Of a DNA stretch of 64,000 bases, positions 13,586 to 27,030 are shown one piece after another. The position numbers and the translations under genes were made by a program. Position 1 is the first letter of the stretch, and every line of letters starts with the position of its first letter. The notes beneath the pieces are model-generated. The model saw only the letters and a list, made by a program, of their open reading frames with translations, was not told the origin of the DNA and ran no database searches. The DNA comes from Octopus sinensis (Eukaryota): NCBI RefSeq assembly GCF_006345805.1, contig NC_043013.1:33418001-33482000 (forward strand), read 5' to 3'.

Positions 13586-14140
13586 TAAAATATAAATGCC
13601 AAGGTCCTAAAATATAAATGCCATACTCGCTCCCTGTTTTTTTTTCACGCAGAGGTGCTGGTCTCCAGTTGTCACCTGATATAAAATAGTGCATTGGCTC
13701 CAAAGTGATTCGTGATACATGGAGGTCAGTGTTAATTTAGATACGACTAGTGCTTCTCACAGAACTTACGAGGGCTCATTCGTTGTGTTCCTGTTTCAAG
13801 GGATTGATCAAGTAGACTCCCGTTGAGGGTTTCTTTGACACTTCTGGTGATAGTGGTATGCACATAAACGTACAAATAACAATTTGGACACTACTTTAAT
13901 GTTGTTGGTATTTATTTTCAGATAATTATACATAAGGAATGAGGGAATGAAGTGCGTTGCGGAAGGATACAGTTTGCTTACTGTGGCAATCAAGCCCAAT
14001 ACCGAACGACCCTGAGCTCCGAGTCTAGACAAGCAGTGTATTCTATCTGTCAATCTCTATATTTCTCTTCCTCTGTTTATTTTTCTCCTTCTCTGTCCCT
14101 CTCATTCTCTCACGATATATATATATATATATATATATAT

Positions 14141-14333
14141 TTTATTTTATAGAAGGAGCTTCTACAGGACTAGAACTGTTCATTCAAAAGAAATCATCAG
14201 GAAGAGCTTCCTGATCATTTCTTTTGAATGAAACAGTTCTAGTCCTGTAGAACCTCCTTCTATAAAATAAATTAATTTACTCTGCTATGTATTGAGTACC
14301 TATTTACTGTGGTTAACCCCGACTCAACCCGGG

Positions 14334-14337
<4 letters not shown>
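14141..14337. mobile_element. Fold-back element (64/65-bp inverted arms) plus ~65-bp unique tail between (TA)n tracts; possible Penelope-like terminus
   Basis: 14141-14204 is the reverse complement of 14207-14271 (2 mismatches, 1 indel, 2-nt spacer). Both arms carry hammerhead-like cores. Confidence 0.7.
14204..14256 (+). ncRNA. Degenerate type I hammerhead ribozyme motif
   Basis: gagcttc CTGATCA tttcttttgaat GAAA cag ttctagtc ctg TA^ gaacctc. Helix I 6/7 bp, helix III cag/ctg, GUA triplet. The opposite arm supplies CTGATGA and gaagctc. Helix II is weak. Confidence 0.55.
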
Positions 14338-14391
<54 letters not shown>

Positions 14392-14394
<3 letters not shown>

Positions 14395-14700
14395 TTTTAT
14401 TTTTTTTACTTGCTTCAGTAATTTTATTACGGCCATACTGGAGCACCGCCTTTAGTCGAACAAATCGACACCAGGGCTTACTCTTTGTATAATTTGTACT
14501 TCTATCGGTCGCTTAAACTAGCAGCTAAGTTACGGGGACGTAAACACACCAACATCTTTCAGTTTCCGTCTACCAAATCCGCTCAAGGCTTTGGTCGGCC
14601 CAAGGCTATAGTAGAAGACACTTGCCGAAGGTGCCACGCAGTAGCGCTGAACCCGGAACTATGTAGTTGGGATGCAAGCTTCTTACCACCCAGCCACGCC
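14392..14700 (-). mobile_element. SINE family A with internal deletion
   Basis: Tail ctggagcaccgcctttagtcga and head gtttccgtctaccaaatcc...ggctatagtagaagacacttgcc..aggtgccacgcag; the central microsatellite part is missing. Confidence 0.9.
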
Positions 14701-15000
14701 TATATACATATGAGTGTGTGTATATGTAAATGTGTGAGTGTGTGTATATATAAATATATATGGTAGTCTAAGTACCCAAAAGTTAAAAAAAATATACGTT
14801 CTTACATTCATGAATAGATACATGAATCACAGTCATCAAATTTTTTTTCCATACCTGCAATCTTTAAAGAGTGCATGGTGTTAGTTAACCATGTTGTTAT
14901 CTAATATTCCGTCATTTAATGACCAGTGCGAAACCGATCAAGATCAACTGGAATTGATCTAAACTGATGTATACTTTCACACACACACGCTCACACGTAT

Positions 15001-15058
<58 letters not shown>

Positions 15059-15916
15059 TACATACATATATACACACATGTATATATATATATATTATAT
15101 ATATATATATATATGTATATACTCACCTAAAAGTTAGATATAATTGTGTGTTTGCGTGTATGCGCCTGTGTGTTTGTGTGTGTGCGCGTATTCTTTTTGT
15201 GTGTGAATGGGTGTCTAGGAATCTGTATTTGAGTGAATGAGAATATTCTTTTTTATGTAACAGTATCATCTAAAGATTCATCGGCTATTTAAACACAGTT
15301 TTCCATCAGCCAATGTAGACTTTTACGACTGGTCATGCTATCTGGCTTCTTTTGAAATAGGTTATATAGATTCAATTATAGTTTGTGAAAGTAAAAACGT
15401 ACATTGAATATTAAATTTAAGGCCTCCTCGACAATAGGTAACAAATGAAATGGAAAAAAAACCTATTAAAATATCAGTGAGAAAAAACGAATTTGATGTT
15501 TGAAAAGAAGAAAAAAAAGCGACCATTTGTTTTACTGTTTGGTATTATTATTCTACATTAATATGCACTTGTGTGTCTCTCTGCACATGCCTATACGTGT
15601 GGATATATACAAACATGTACACACATGTATATGATATATATACGGGAGACGGATAGAGAGAAATAAATAAACAGAGACGAGAGCGCTAGAGAGAAGAAAG
15701 TTGTTAGTCACAGATATTCGAAAGGAGATACATTAACACACAATCCATGCTCAAAGGAAATATTCATATTTTTATGTTAAATACAACAGTGGTTATCAAA
15801 TATATGCGCCTACGCACACTGCTGAAACCAATATGGATTTTAAACACACACGCACATACACACGAACTTGCACGTATGCGCGCGCGCGCGTGTGGCTAGT
15901 ATTTCATATATATGTG

Positions 15917-15955
<39 letters not shown>

Positions 15956-16275
15956 TTTTACAGGAAGGACTACTTCGGCCGGATCGTGTTCTGCCCTTGC
16001 CTTCTAAACACGCATTGATTCGAACAAGGGGCAGCTTATGAAGGGGAATATTCCTTGTATTGTTTGTCTTGTACTCTGTTTTTTTGTTGTTAAAAAAAGT
16101 CCGTTTCCTTGTTTGTTTTTATGTTTTCGTTTCTCGTTGTGTTCTACGTTTATTTGTGTGGTGTCCTGTACTCATATATATATATATATATGCATATATA
16201 TATACATATAGATGTAGGTATGTACATATATGTATGTATGTATGCATATGTTTTATTTGTTAAATTATTATCATA

Positions 16276-16316
<41 letters not shown>

Positions 16317-16411
16317 TATATATATATATATATATATACAGCGCTGACTTGAAAATAGGAACATCAGGATAGAAACTGAAATTATAATCCAAGTAACTAG
16401 TTCTTAATACC

Positions 16412-16466
<55 letters not shown>

Positions 16467-16487
16467 GGAAAACGAAGTATATACAAC

Positions 16488-16878
16488 CGCAGGCGTGGCT
16501 CCGGTAAAGCCTTTACTTCCTAGCCAGATGGTTCCGGGTTTAGTCCCACTGCATGCCAAACTTGGGCAACTGTCTTATGCTATAGCTTCAGTTCGACCAA
16601 GATGATGTGAGTGGATTTGTTAGACGGAAACTGAAAGAAGCTCGGCGTATACGCACCCCCCCACACACATACATTTATATATATATATATATAGAGGCAC
16701 ACACACACATTTATATATTTATTTATTTGTTTACGTCCGTGTGTGTATCTCTCTCTATGTATATGTTTGTGCATGTTTGTGTGTGTCTGTGTGAGGAAGT
16801 GTCTTATGCTATAGTTTCAGTCCGACCAAGATGATGTGAGTGGATTTGTTAGACGGAAACTGAAAGAAGCCCGTCGTA

Positions 16879-16942
<64 letters not shown>

Positions 16943-17035
16943 TACACTCACATATATATACATATATATATTTACTTGTTTATCTGCGTGTGCATCTCTC
17001 TCTGTGTATATGTTTGTGTGTGTTTGTGCGTGTGT
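16488..17035 (+). mobile_element. SINE family A 5' part with a 229-bp tandem duplication
   Basis: Head cgcaggcgtggct...ggttccgggtttagtcccactgc. The block gaccaagatgatgtgagtggatttgttagacggaaactgaaagaagc and its downstream flank occur twice (16607 and 16836). Confidence 0.85.
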
Positions 17036-17306
17036 GTATGTGCTCGCGCGCGTGCACGTGTATTATTAAAAGGGATCCATTAGAAATCTAGACATATCAA
17101 ATTGGAGCACACCACAATCCATGGTTAGCGAGGGTGCCATATATCAAACTGTTAAGTTATCCATTACCAAAGCACGGGATGTATCGATGATGAAAAGTCC
17201 ACTGCTATTTGGTAAGCCGCAACTCCAATACAATACAAACATAAATGGCATCTTAAATGCGGCGTAAAAAGAAGACATAATAAAAATAGAAGAACGGGTT
17301 ATCTAG

Positions 17307-17880
17307 TATTGTAAGAACAACAGATCTGATATAATGATTTGGGATGGAGAAGAGAAACTGTGTACATTTGTGCAAATTAGCTGCCCAGCGGTTGTTAACA
17401 TAAAACTGAAGTTCAGTGATAAAGAGAATACCTACGTTGAACTCCTGAGAAGTCTGAAATTACTCTATCCACATTACAAATTCAGGTTTATACCTGTAAT
17501 TATTGGGACCCTGGGATATGTAACGCACTGCCTAAATGTCAATCTTGAGAAATTAGGCTTCTCAAAACCAGGAAGGTGAAAGCAAATTCGGAGACTACAG
17601 AGCCAATCCATCATTGGAACTGTAAAATTCTGTAAAACTTTCCAGAAGTTTATCATTTAAATATATATGTGCATGCCTAGATATGAAACTATATACATGA
17701 GTAAACATAACATAAAACAAAACATACAAATCTGCACATATACATACACACAAACAAGTAAAAATACCCTGTTGTTGATGTTGTATTTCCAATGAAAGAG
17801 CCGTCATTCTAGGTTAGAAACCGGCTCTTTCACCATTGTCATGAAATCTTGAAATGAAACTGAATGACATACATATATAC
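17307..17880 (+). mobile_element. RLE-type non-LTR retrotransposon 3' end (restriction-like endonuclease domain plus putative 3' UTR), inactive
   Basis: YCKNNRSDIMIWDGEEKLCTFVQISCP...IPVIIGTLGYV...LEKLGF...*KQIRRLQSQSIIGTVKFCKTF. This matches the R2/R4/NeSL RLE pattern 'NRPDI...E.SCP...PVIIGALG' with catalytic residues altered and an in-frame stop. Ends in CATA repeats. Confidence 0.8.
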
Positions 17881-18289
17881 ATATATAGATATATGCATAT
17901 ACACATCACACACAAATATAATTTCTGCCGAAGAAATCAATAATTATTAGAGTCGTTAAAGCTTTCACTTTAGATATTTAAAAAAAAAATTCCCATATTT
18001 TTATGATGAAAGTAACTTGTAGATTTTTTAGCCTTCGTAAACGAAACACATCGTTGAATGTTAAGACTGTGTTTCAATCGTATATGATTGACTTAATGAT
18101 GCTTTTATTACCGCGTACGTATACAGTCTCATTACCTGTCTACATATCTAATTACTATAGTCGGATAGGATATTTCTTCAGACATTCGTTGCCAGAAACT
18201 GCTGCTTACTTACACAGTGTTTTATAAAACTAATCCTCTAGAATTCGCGGCCCTCCGTTAATCAAATAAATATATTCAGCCTTACTTCA

Positions 18290-18470
18290 GCTGGAGCTTT
18301 TTCGTAGTACATTGAACTGAATAAAGCTGGTGTATTTTCTCCTCTCTCTTTATAGTCTAGGTTGAAATTCCGCCGAGATCGAGTTCGACATATTTCGGGG
18401 TTGATAAAATAAGTAGCAGTTGAGTACTGGGGCTGCATAATCGTCTAATCGATAGTTTATTTTGATCCCT
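18290..18470 (+). mobile_element. Degenerate SINE family B
   Basis: gttgaaattccgccgagatcgag...tttcggggttgataaaataagtagcagttgagtactgggg resembles the CORE segment of 13354-13585. Confidence 0.6.
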
Positions 18471-18690
18471 GGACATGTACAAATATTATTGCAACCCATC
18501 ATGTTTGCTACACCTCCATTTCGTACTTATTTCTTTCTAACACTGGCGGATGCCTGATTATCACAAAATGATATTTGTTCTTCTGTATTATATAAGTAAG
18601 AGAATGTCCTATTTGAATATTTTGCATAGATACGTAGGCACAAACACGCGCGTGCACGCACGCACACATACACTCACTCACACACACACA

Positions 18691-19870
<1,180 letters not shown>

Positions 19871-21047
19871 AAGAGCTGTGGGTAGCAGTTTTGAATTACA
19901 GTATTGTCTAGAAAGAAAAAGAGAAGCCGCTCTTTTCGGATGAGAGCAGTTTCTTTCAAATTAATTAAATGGAGCCACTTGAAACTGCTTTAATGAATTG
20001 ACACCTGAACATCTTTGCTATTTATTTATATTCTGTTCACCGAACATGGAATCTGCTCTTTGGAAATCCTATACAAAGTAACATTATATAAAAAGTACAT
20101 GTCTGAATTACCTACAGTGGATATCTTCACTTAGCTATGCTGAGCTGTCTGCACACACGGCAGGAATATTGTGTATAAACACCCCTACACGGACTCTTGG
20201 TATCCACTATTCAAATAACATTGTTGAGGTGTGCAGACTATACCGAATTAGCGAGGTGTCTCAATTTAAGTACCTAATTCAACTGAATCTTAGTTATATT
20301 TTACAATCACACATGCATATACATACATACATACATAATACATACATACATACATACATACATACATACATACATGGATATATACATGTAACATATGGTA
20401 TAATTATAAACAGGGCAAATTTTAGCTATTTCTCCGGTTGTCTGAATATAGCAGGAACATCCTTAATCCATTTTCGACCGTTATTGGGGTCTTATAAAAG
20501 TTGTCTACATCACTTGACCAATCCCAGTGGGACAAATAAGTCTACCCGTATATATAAGCATGAAATATAGCAACTCCAGAGAACCTGATCTGTGTGCGTG
20601 CTCACGCACATCTCGCCTCCATATGTATAATTTAGGCTAGGAGTTTCAAAATTCAAAGCAAAATTCTCTAAATCAGAACCTATGATATCATCAAATTAGA
20701 ATTCTCATCATTTTGTTATCAAAACCAATTAGTTCATGCGAGAAATCAAAGGAGTCTCTAATAGACAGGGCAAAGTGCTAGAAACTGCAGTCAAATTTAA
20801 CTTGAAATGAACAAGAAAACGACAAATTCCGTAATGTAGTCCTATGAAATACGAAATCGTCTAATGGGATCGTCACGGTTGGAATTCTTTATAACAAGCA
20901 TTTGCTTTATAAGGGTTAATCTGGGCACTAAATATAAACAAACAACGCCGATGACAACAAAACAACAGCAACAACAACAGCAACGAAAGAGCTGCAAGTG
21001 CAAGCAGAAGAACAGCAATAACACGAATAGCAACATCCACCAACTGT

Positions 21048-21091
<44 letters not shown>

Positions 21092-22184
21092 AAACAACAA
21101 CAACAACAACAACACAGCAGCAGCAGCAGCAACAGCAACAACAAAATAACTCATAATCTTTCACTTTCAATATCATCATTATTACATTACAGCGCTTATT
21201 TTTGCCAGCTTTCGTTTTAATTACTCCGGTTTTAATTATCCGTACCCAAAGTCAAAGTAAATCTATTGATTTTCTCCAACTCATTAATCACACTCTAATT
21301 ACAACGATGACATGCTATAGAATATGAAGTTGCATCATCCACAAAATGTCGTTCTTTACACCGCAATATATCTTCCAAGTTTCGTATTTCGTCAGTTCCG
21401 AGTGATATTGATTTCTAGTTTTTCATCTGATCCTTTTGATTTTCTTCTCCATCGTTCGTCTTTACAAAATAGGTTCTCCTCCCTTATTTCATAATTAATT
21501 TGATTTTTGAATTGATATCCTAATCACCCTTCTTTCTGTACCGTATTCTGAAGGCGAAAACGACTCTTTAAGACATGTGCGTGTGTGAATGTGTTTTAGA
21601 AATCAGGGAAATATCGATCAGTCATAGAAAATCCTTTAAGATATTTCATAATTTTATTCCAGACAGCATTTTCATTATGAAAGATTGCATTTATTGTTGC
21701 TAGTACAGTGTTGACTTAAAGTTTCTAGAAGACGCTAGATTTCTTGATGCCTAAACAAACGATACATCTCGAAACATTTCATCCTGTAGTGACTGACCAT
21801 TTAATACTTAGATGAGTGGTAAGTCTGAGATATACGCATTTGATTTGCTTTTCATTTCTTTTTCTTTTTCATTTAGGGTTTGTGCTTGCTTGAATCATAC
21901 AACACCGATAAAAGGTCAAATAGAAACTGACCATAAAAGCTGGGCAGGTGTATTCAGATAGTGTACGTCTTGAACACTTGGGATAAACGGTTGCGGAGAA
22001 ATATCTCCCAACTAATTCCAGATAAACTATCTACACCCAGATATATCTCTGCAATCCTTACTTGAATGGCATACGGTGCCTAGATAATGATTGTAATATA
22101 AAAAATCTTTAAAAGCGTTGTACTATTAAGGTGTTATTAAGTTAACCAATGTCTGATCCAATTCTGGCCAAACAATTTCTAATT

Positions 22185-22738
22185 GAAACACGGTGTCCCT
22201 AGATGCAGTTCCGGCGGTTGGGGGTGTTTGTCTCCCCTTCGTATGTGTATATAAGGACACAGGATAAAATGTGTCGAAGCTGTCAGGAGGCGTTCGATGC
22301 CTCCTAGGGCTATATAACGGTGGTGTACCCCCTACTGTCACGTTCTTGTTAGATTGACAGTATACAACCATTATATCGCTCCACCACCGTACACCTCTCT
22401 ACGAGAGATTTAGAAACTCAATATTTCTTATTTTGATAATCAGTGAATAGATTTCACTGACTATAGATATATACAAATACGAAGTCGAGACAGATATCGC
22501 CAGCTGACCGGTGTCTGCTACTCTAGGCCGATGAAGGACAATGATCCTGAAACACGGTGTCCCTAGATGCAGTTCCGGCGGTTGGGGGTGTTTGTCTCCC
22601 CTTCGTATGTGTATATAAGGACACAGGGTAAAATGTGTCGAAGCTATCAGGAGGCGTTCGATGCCTCCTAGGGCTATATAACGGTGGTGTAACCCCTACT
22701 GTCACGTTCTTGTTAGATTGACAGTATACAACCCTTAT
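22185..22738 (+). mobile_element. Retrozyme-like non-autonomous retroelement: 1.5 copies of a 364-nt unit with an 11-bp TSD
   Basis: 22185-22375 is repeated at 22549-22739 (4 mismatches). aatttctaatt flanks both ends (22174-22184, 22739-22749). A hammerhead motif sits at the unit junction. Confidence 0.8.
22522..22567 (+). ncRNA. Minimal type I hammerhead ribozyme
   Basis: tctagg CCGATGA agga caatga tcct GAAA cac g gtg TC^ cctaga. Helix I 6 bp, helix II 4 bp, helix III 3 bp with a 1-nt loop, GUC triplet; only core deviation is U4->C. Confidence 0.8.
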
Positions 22739-23649
22739 AATTTCTAATTATTCTACATATAGTAACATATACATATGTATATTAGTTAAAAATAGGTGTG
22801 TGAGAGTGTGTGTGTGTATATCAACACTGCATGGAGTTTTGTCAGCATCTGACTACTTTCCGTGACTATCCCCCGAACACATAGCCTATTAACATACTGC
22901 TATCAGTGGACAATGACGGTAGGTGAATAGCTATCAATGAAACTTCCGGGAGATTTGAAATACTATGCCTTTGACCGGTTTTTGTTCGGGAACACTCTGT
23001 ATTTACAGACGCAGTTTTCACATTGTCCGAACATGCAGATATGGTTAAATTATCTAGAGATATAGTGTTAATCCAACAGTAATCTAATGTTTAAAAAAGC
23101 ACTTCAACGAAAAACGTTTAAAAAACGATTGTGTATTACTGAATAGGTTTCTTGGATATTTTATCAAGGTGTCATGTTTTCAATTTATCGAGTCCCAAAG
23201 AGATGGAAGAGGAAGACGATATCCTTGGTATTGGAACCAATGAACAAACACAGGAGAGAAAATAATATTTAAAAAAGGTACGAAACGAAATGGAAAAGGA
23301 AGAGTATTTGTTTTTACTTTTCATTGTAGATTAAAAATGGCTCCATTCAATGACGTCTTCGTTTTAGTTGTTTTATCATAAGTAGTGTATCAAGGATTAT
23401 ACTTCTTAATGTTATTCTCAATTATTAAAAAAACAAAAATTGTAGGATTTGATTTGTGGATGAACTGGGGGCTATTTCTGTTTCTGTCAGTTCGAGTGAG
23501 AAGTTGAAGAATCCACCTAGAACCGTGTCATTTCTTGGATTGGAGTGTCTTAGTAAGCAAAAGCAGCTTTTAAAAACACAACCAAGAACAACAGCAACAG
23601 CAACATCCACAATGAAAATTTTACTACCAACGACAACGACAAGATTTTC

Positions 23650-23795
23650 TACTTTTGGCACAAAAATTGAAGTTTTCCGGGGTTGGGGGGGGGGTGCTAG
23701 TCGATTACATCGACCCCATTGCATAACTGGTATTTATTTTGTTGATTCTGAAAGGATAAAAAGCAAAGCTGAGCTCGGTGGAACATGAACTCAGG
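23650..23795 (-). mobile_element. SINE family B fragment (alternative tail)
   Basis: gtcgattacatcgacccc...actggta...gaaaggataaaaagcaaag is the reverse complement of the family B core. Confidence 0.7.
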
Positions 23796-23844
23796 CCATT
23801 AAGAACCTAAAAGAACAACGGTAATAACAACAACAGCAGCAGTG

Positions 23845-24038
23845 GAAGCGCAATGGCCCAGTGGTTAGGGCAGCGGACTCGTGGTCGTAAGAACGCGGTT
23901 TCAATTCCCAGACCGGGCATTGTGAGTGTTTATTGAGCAAAAACACCTAAGCCTCACGAGGCTCCGGCGGGAGGTGGGTGATGAACCCCGCTGTACACTT
24001 TCACCACAACTTTCTCTCACTCTTTCTTCATATTTCTG
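23845..24038 (+). mobile_element. SINE family C, 5' half
   Basis: gcgcaatggcccagtggttagggcagcggactc...tgtgagtgtttattgagc...caccacaactttctctcac matches 5281-5470. Confidence 0.85.
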
Positions 24039-24746
24039 TCACAAAGCAGAGGAATCATGGTGTAACCCACTATGGTGTGGTAAAACTTTCACACCCTAGT
24101 CTAGATTGTGAAGCCTCTGTACCTCAAGATAGTTCGGCTCTCCACCTGTGAAAAGCCACCGTTTACGGAATGAGGATAATAACGCAGCTTTCGCGCCCGT
24201 GCAACCACCAGTCTATCGCGTGTGGTGGGTGGATCTTCAAGTTGCTACACGCATTCTTAGTAGCTTAGAGTAGGCTCGAATTAGAGATTATTCTTTGTGG
24301 CTAACGGCGTGAGTCCTGATTGGAAGAAGAAGAGAACAGCAGCAGTAATGAGTCCAACAGCATCCACACCATATATTATCAACGCTGCGAACACTAGCAA
24401 TAAGTCCAGCACCACTAACGACAGCGATAATAATATGGCTTCTACAACCGACAAAAATACAGCAACAACGAGCCTAAAATACTACTGTTCGAACTACTCA
24501 CAACAACAGCGTCAATAAAGGCAACAGTAATGATATGAACAACAACAGCAGCAATATGTGCCACAACACCAGCACAAAAACTAACAGTAACACGACTAGC
24601 AATAATCCAACCGCACAAACAGGGTCAGCAGCAACAATAATGACAAAACAAGATCAACTTAAAAACAGCCATGACAACAATAAGAAGACCAATTACAAGA
24701 ACTACGAGAATGAAGACAACAGAAAGAAGAAGAAGAAGAAGATGAA

Positions 24747-24781
<35 letters not shown>

Positions 24782-25435
24782 AGAAGAAGAAGAAGAAGAA
24801 AAAGAAGAAGAAGAACAACAACAACAAAAACAGGAGGAACAGCGTTAATAAATATAACAATTACCGCCTGTAACACTTTCAGGTTTCTATCTTTAGGTGC
24901 CAATGAAGATAGTGTACAAGTTTGGTCAATTATTATAGAGGAAACACCAAACTTATATGTACCAACACCGAACCTACGAAATATATGATATTATTAACGG
25001 CCAGCATATTAGAAGATTTGCTTGTATAAATCAATTTCATATCTCCAACAATTACGTAGACACGATGTCAATACGCTTTTAGTGCACGGCAAATAAGCAA
25101 AAGCTTAAACCAAATTTGCCTGTGAGTAATGCCTAACCTACACTTAGGAGAATAAAATGGTAAACAAATGAAGTAGAACATATTAGTGACGGGGGCTGGT
25201 GACAGAAAACAGAGCACACATCACACACACACACACACACACATACACACATACACACATACACACAAAAACACATACACATATGCATATCAGCCGATGT
25301 GACTGAACGTGAAATATATTCCATATATGTCTGTGTATGTTTGTATGTATTTATGCATGTATATATATATATATGTGTGTATGTGTTCGTATATGTATAT
25401 ATATGTATGTATGTATGGATGGATGTATATATATA

Positions 25436-25476
<41 letters not shown>

Positions 25477-25830
25477 TCTCTCTATATATACATATATATG
25501 TCTACAAACACACGCGCACACACACACAAACATATATGTGTGTTTATATGAAATTATGAATAGATGTGTGGACGTATTAAACAATATTTATATGTCTATT
25601 CTTCAATGTTATCGACGTAATTACTCATATATAAACACACAAAAAACACACTTAAGAAGGAAAGCTAAGCATGCACACAAACTCTCCCTTACTCAAAGAA
25701 TACTGTGTGTAATATAAATAAATGTATTTGAGTGTATGTATGTACGTATGTACGTATATATGTACACTTGAATACATCTACATATATCAATGAAATCAAA
25801 ATAAGCAACAGGGTATCTATCTATATATGC

Positions 25831-25902
<72 letters not shown>

Positions 25903-26079
25903 CTGTATATATACATGTATATTCATATATCTATATATGTATATATTTATACGTGTGTGACTGAATTACCGAGTTGCGCATTTATGTATACAAATGCTTG
26001 TAATGATGATGATGATAATGATAATGATGATGCTGCTACTGCTGCTGCTGATGATGATGATGATGATATAATAATAATA

Positions 26080-26187
<108 letters not shown>

Positions 26188-26189
26188 AA

Positions 26190-26407
26190 TAAACCTGAGC
26201 AAGTATAAAGATCTTGAAACAGAAATTGGCAAAATGTGGAACCTCAAGATTAAAACAATAACTGGTATCATAAGTGCCATAGGACTGATAGCAAAAGGGT
26301 CTGATTCCTACCTAGCTCAGATACCAGCAAACACCAAAATGGCTGAAATTTAAAAGATAATGTTGATGGGAACTGCTCGTATGCTACGTAAGATACTGTG
26401 TTTGTAA
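26190..26407 (+). mobile_element. RLE-type (R4/Dong-like) LINE C-terminal fragment next to (AAT)n/(GAT)n
   Basis: LSKYKDLETEIGKMWNLKIKTITGIISAIGLIAKG...EI*KIMLMGTARMLRKILCL*, the typical end of an RLE domain 'KY.DL..EI..MW......PIIIGALG...QK..L.GTA.ILRK.L'. Confidence 0.8.
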
Positions 26408-26639
26408 TCCCAAATTTTAAAAAAATCTCATAATTTTCTCATAATTTTCGTATGATCTGAATGCGAATGAATATGATAAAAGAATTGGATAAAGCGTTAC
26501 AAAAACGTGACAAACTCTGTCAAAACAAGTTCTTGGTCTAAGACACGTTTGTATGTTGCAGTCATCACGTAGCTTGAAAACAGTGTTTCTGTATATTTCT
26601 CCTTAATTAGTGTATAGTGATTTGTAGAAAATGCTTCTT

Positions 26640-27030
26640 AAATTAGAAATCCATACCTAAAATATTTCTTAAGTGACATGAATAGATTCAGTTGGGTTTA
26701 GTGAACAATTCTGCGAAGTAATTGACGCTGGAGCAGAAAGTCTAATTAATTCCTAATTAAGTGTCTAATTAAAACTTCTTAATTTGTCTTTCCATACCCG
26801 TTTTTTTTCCTTAAGTTTTCATTTAAATATCACTTGTGTCTAAGGAGTAATAGTCAATGTAATTCATTACTAGAGCTTAAAGTCTAATTAAATTAGTTAT
26901 TTACACAAGTTGATTATCTCATAATTAGTTAATCCATACCTAAGCATACTTACGAATCACGTTTCATGGTATTAGGACCATTTGTACACATATTTTGCCT
27001 GCTAGTATTTTGGAGCTTCAAGTCTAATCA
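26640..27030. repeat. Highly diverged ~141-bp tandem repeat (about 3 units)
   Basis: tccatacc at 26650, 26791 and 26933; agtctaat preceded by gagc at 26739, 26881 and 27021. Confidence 0.6.
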
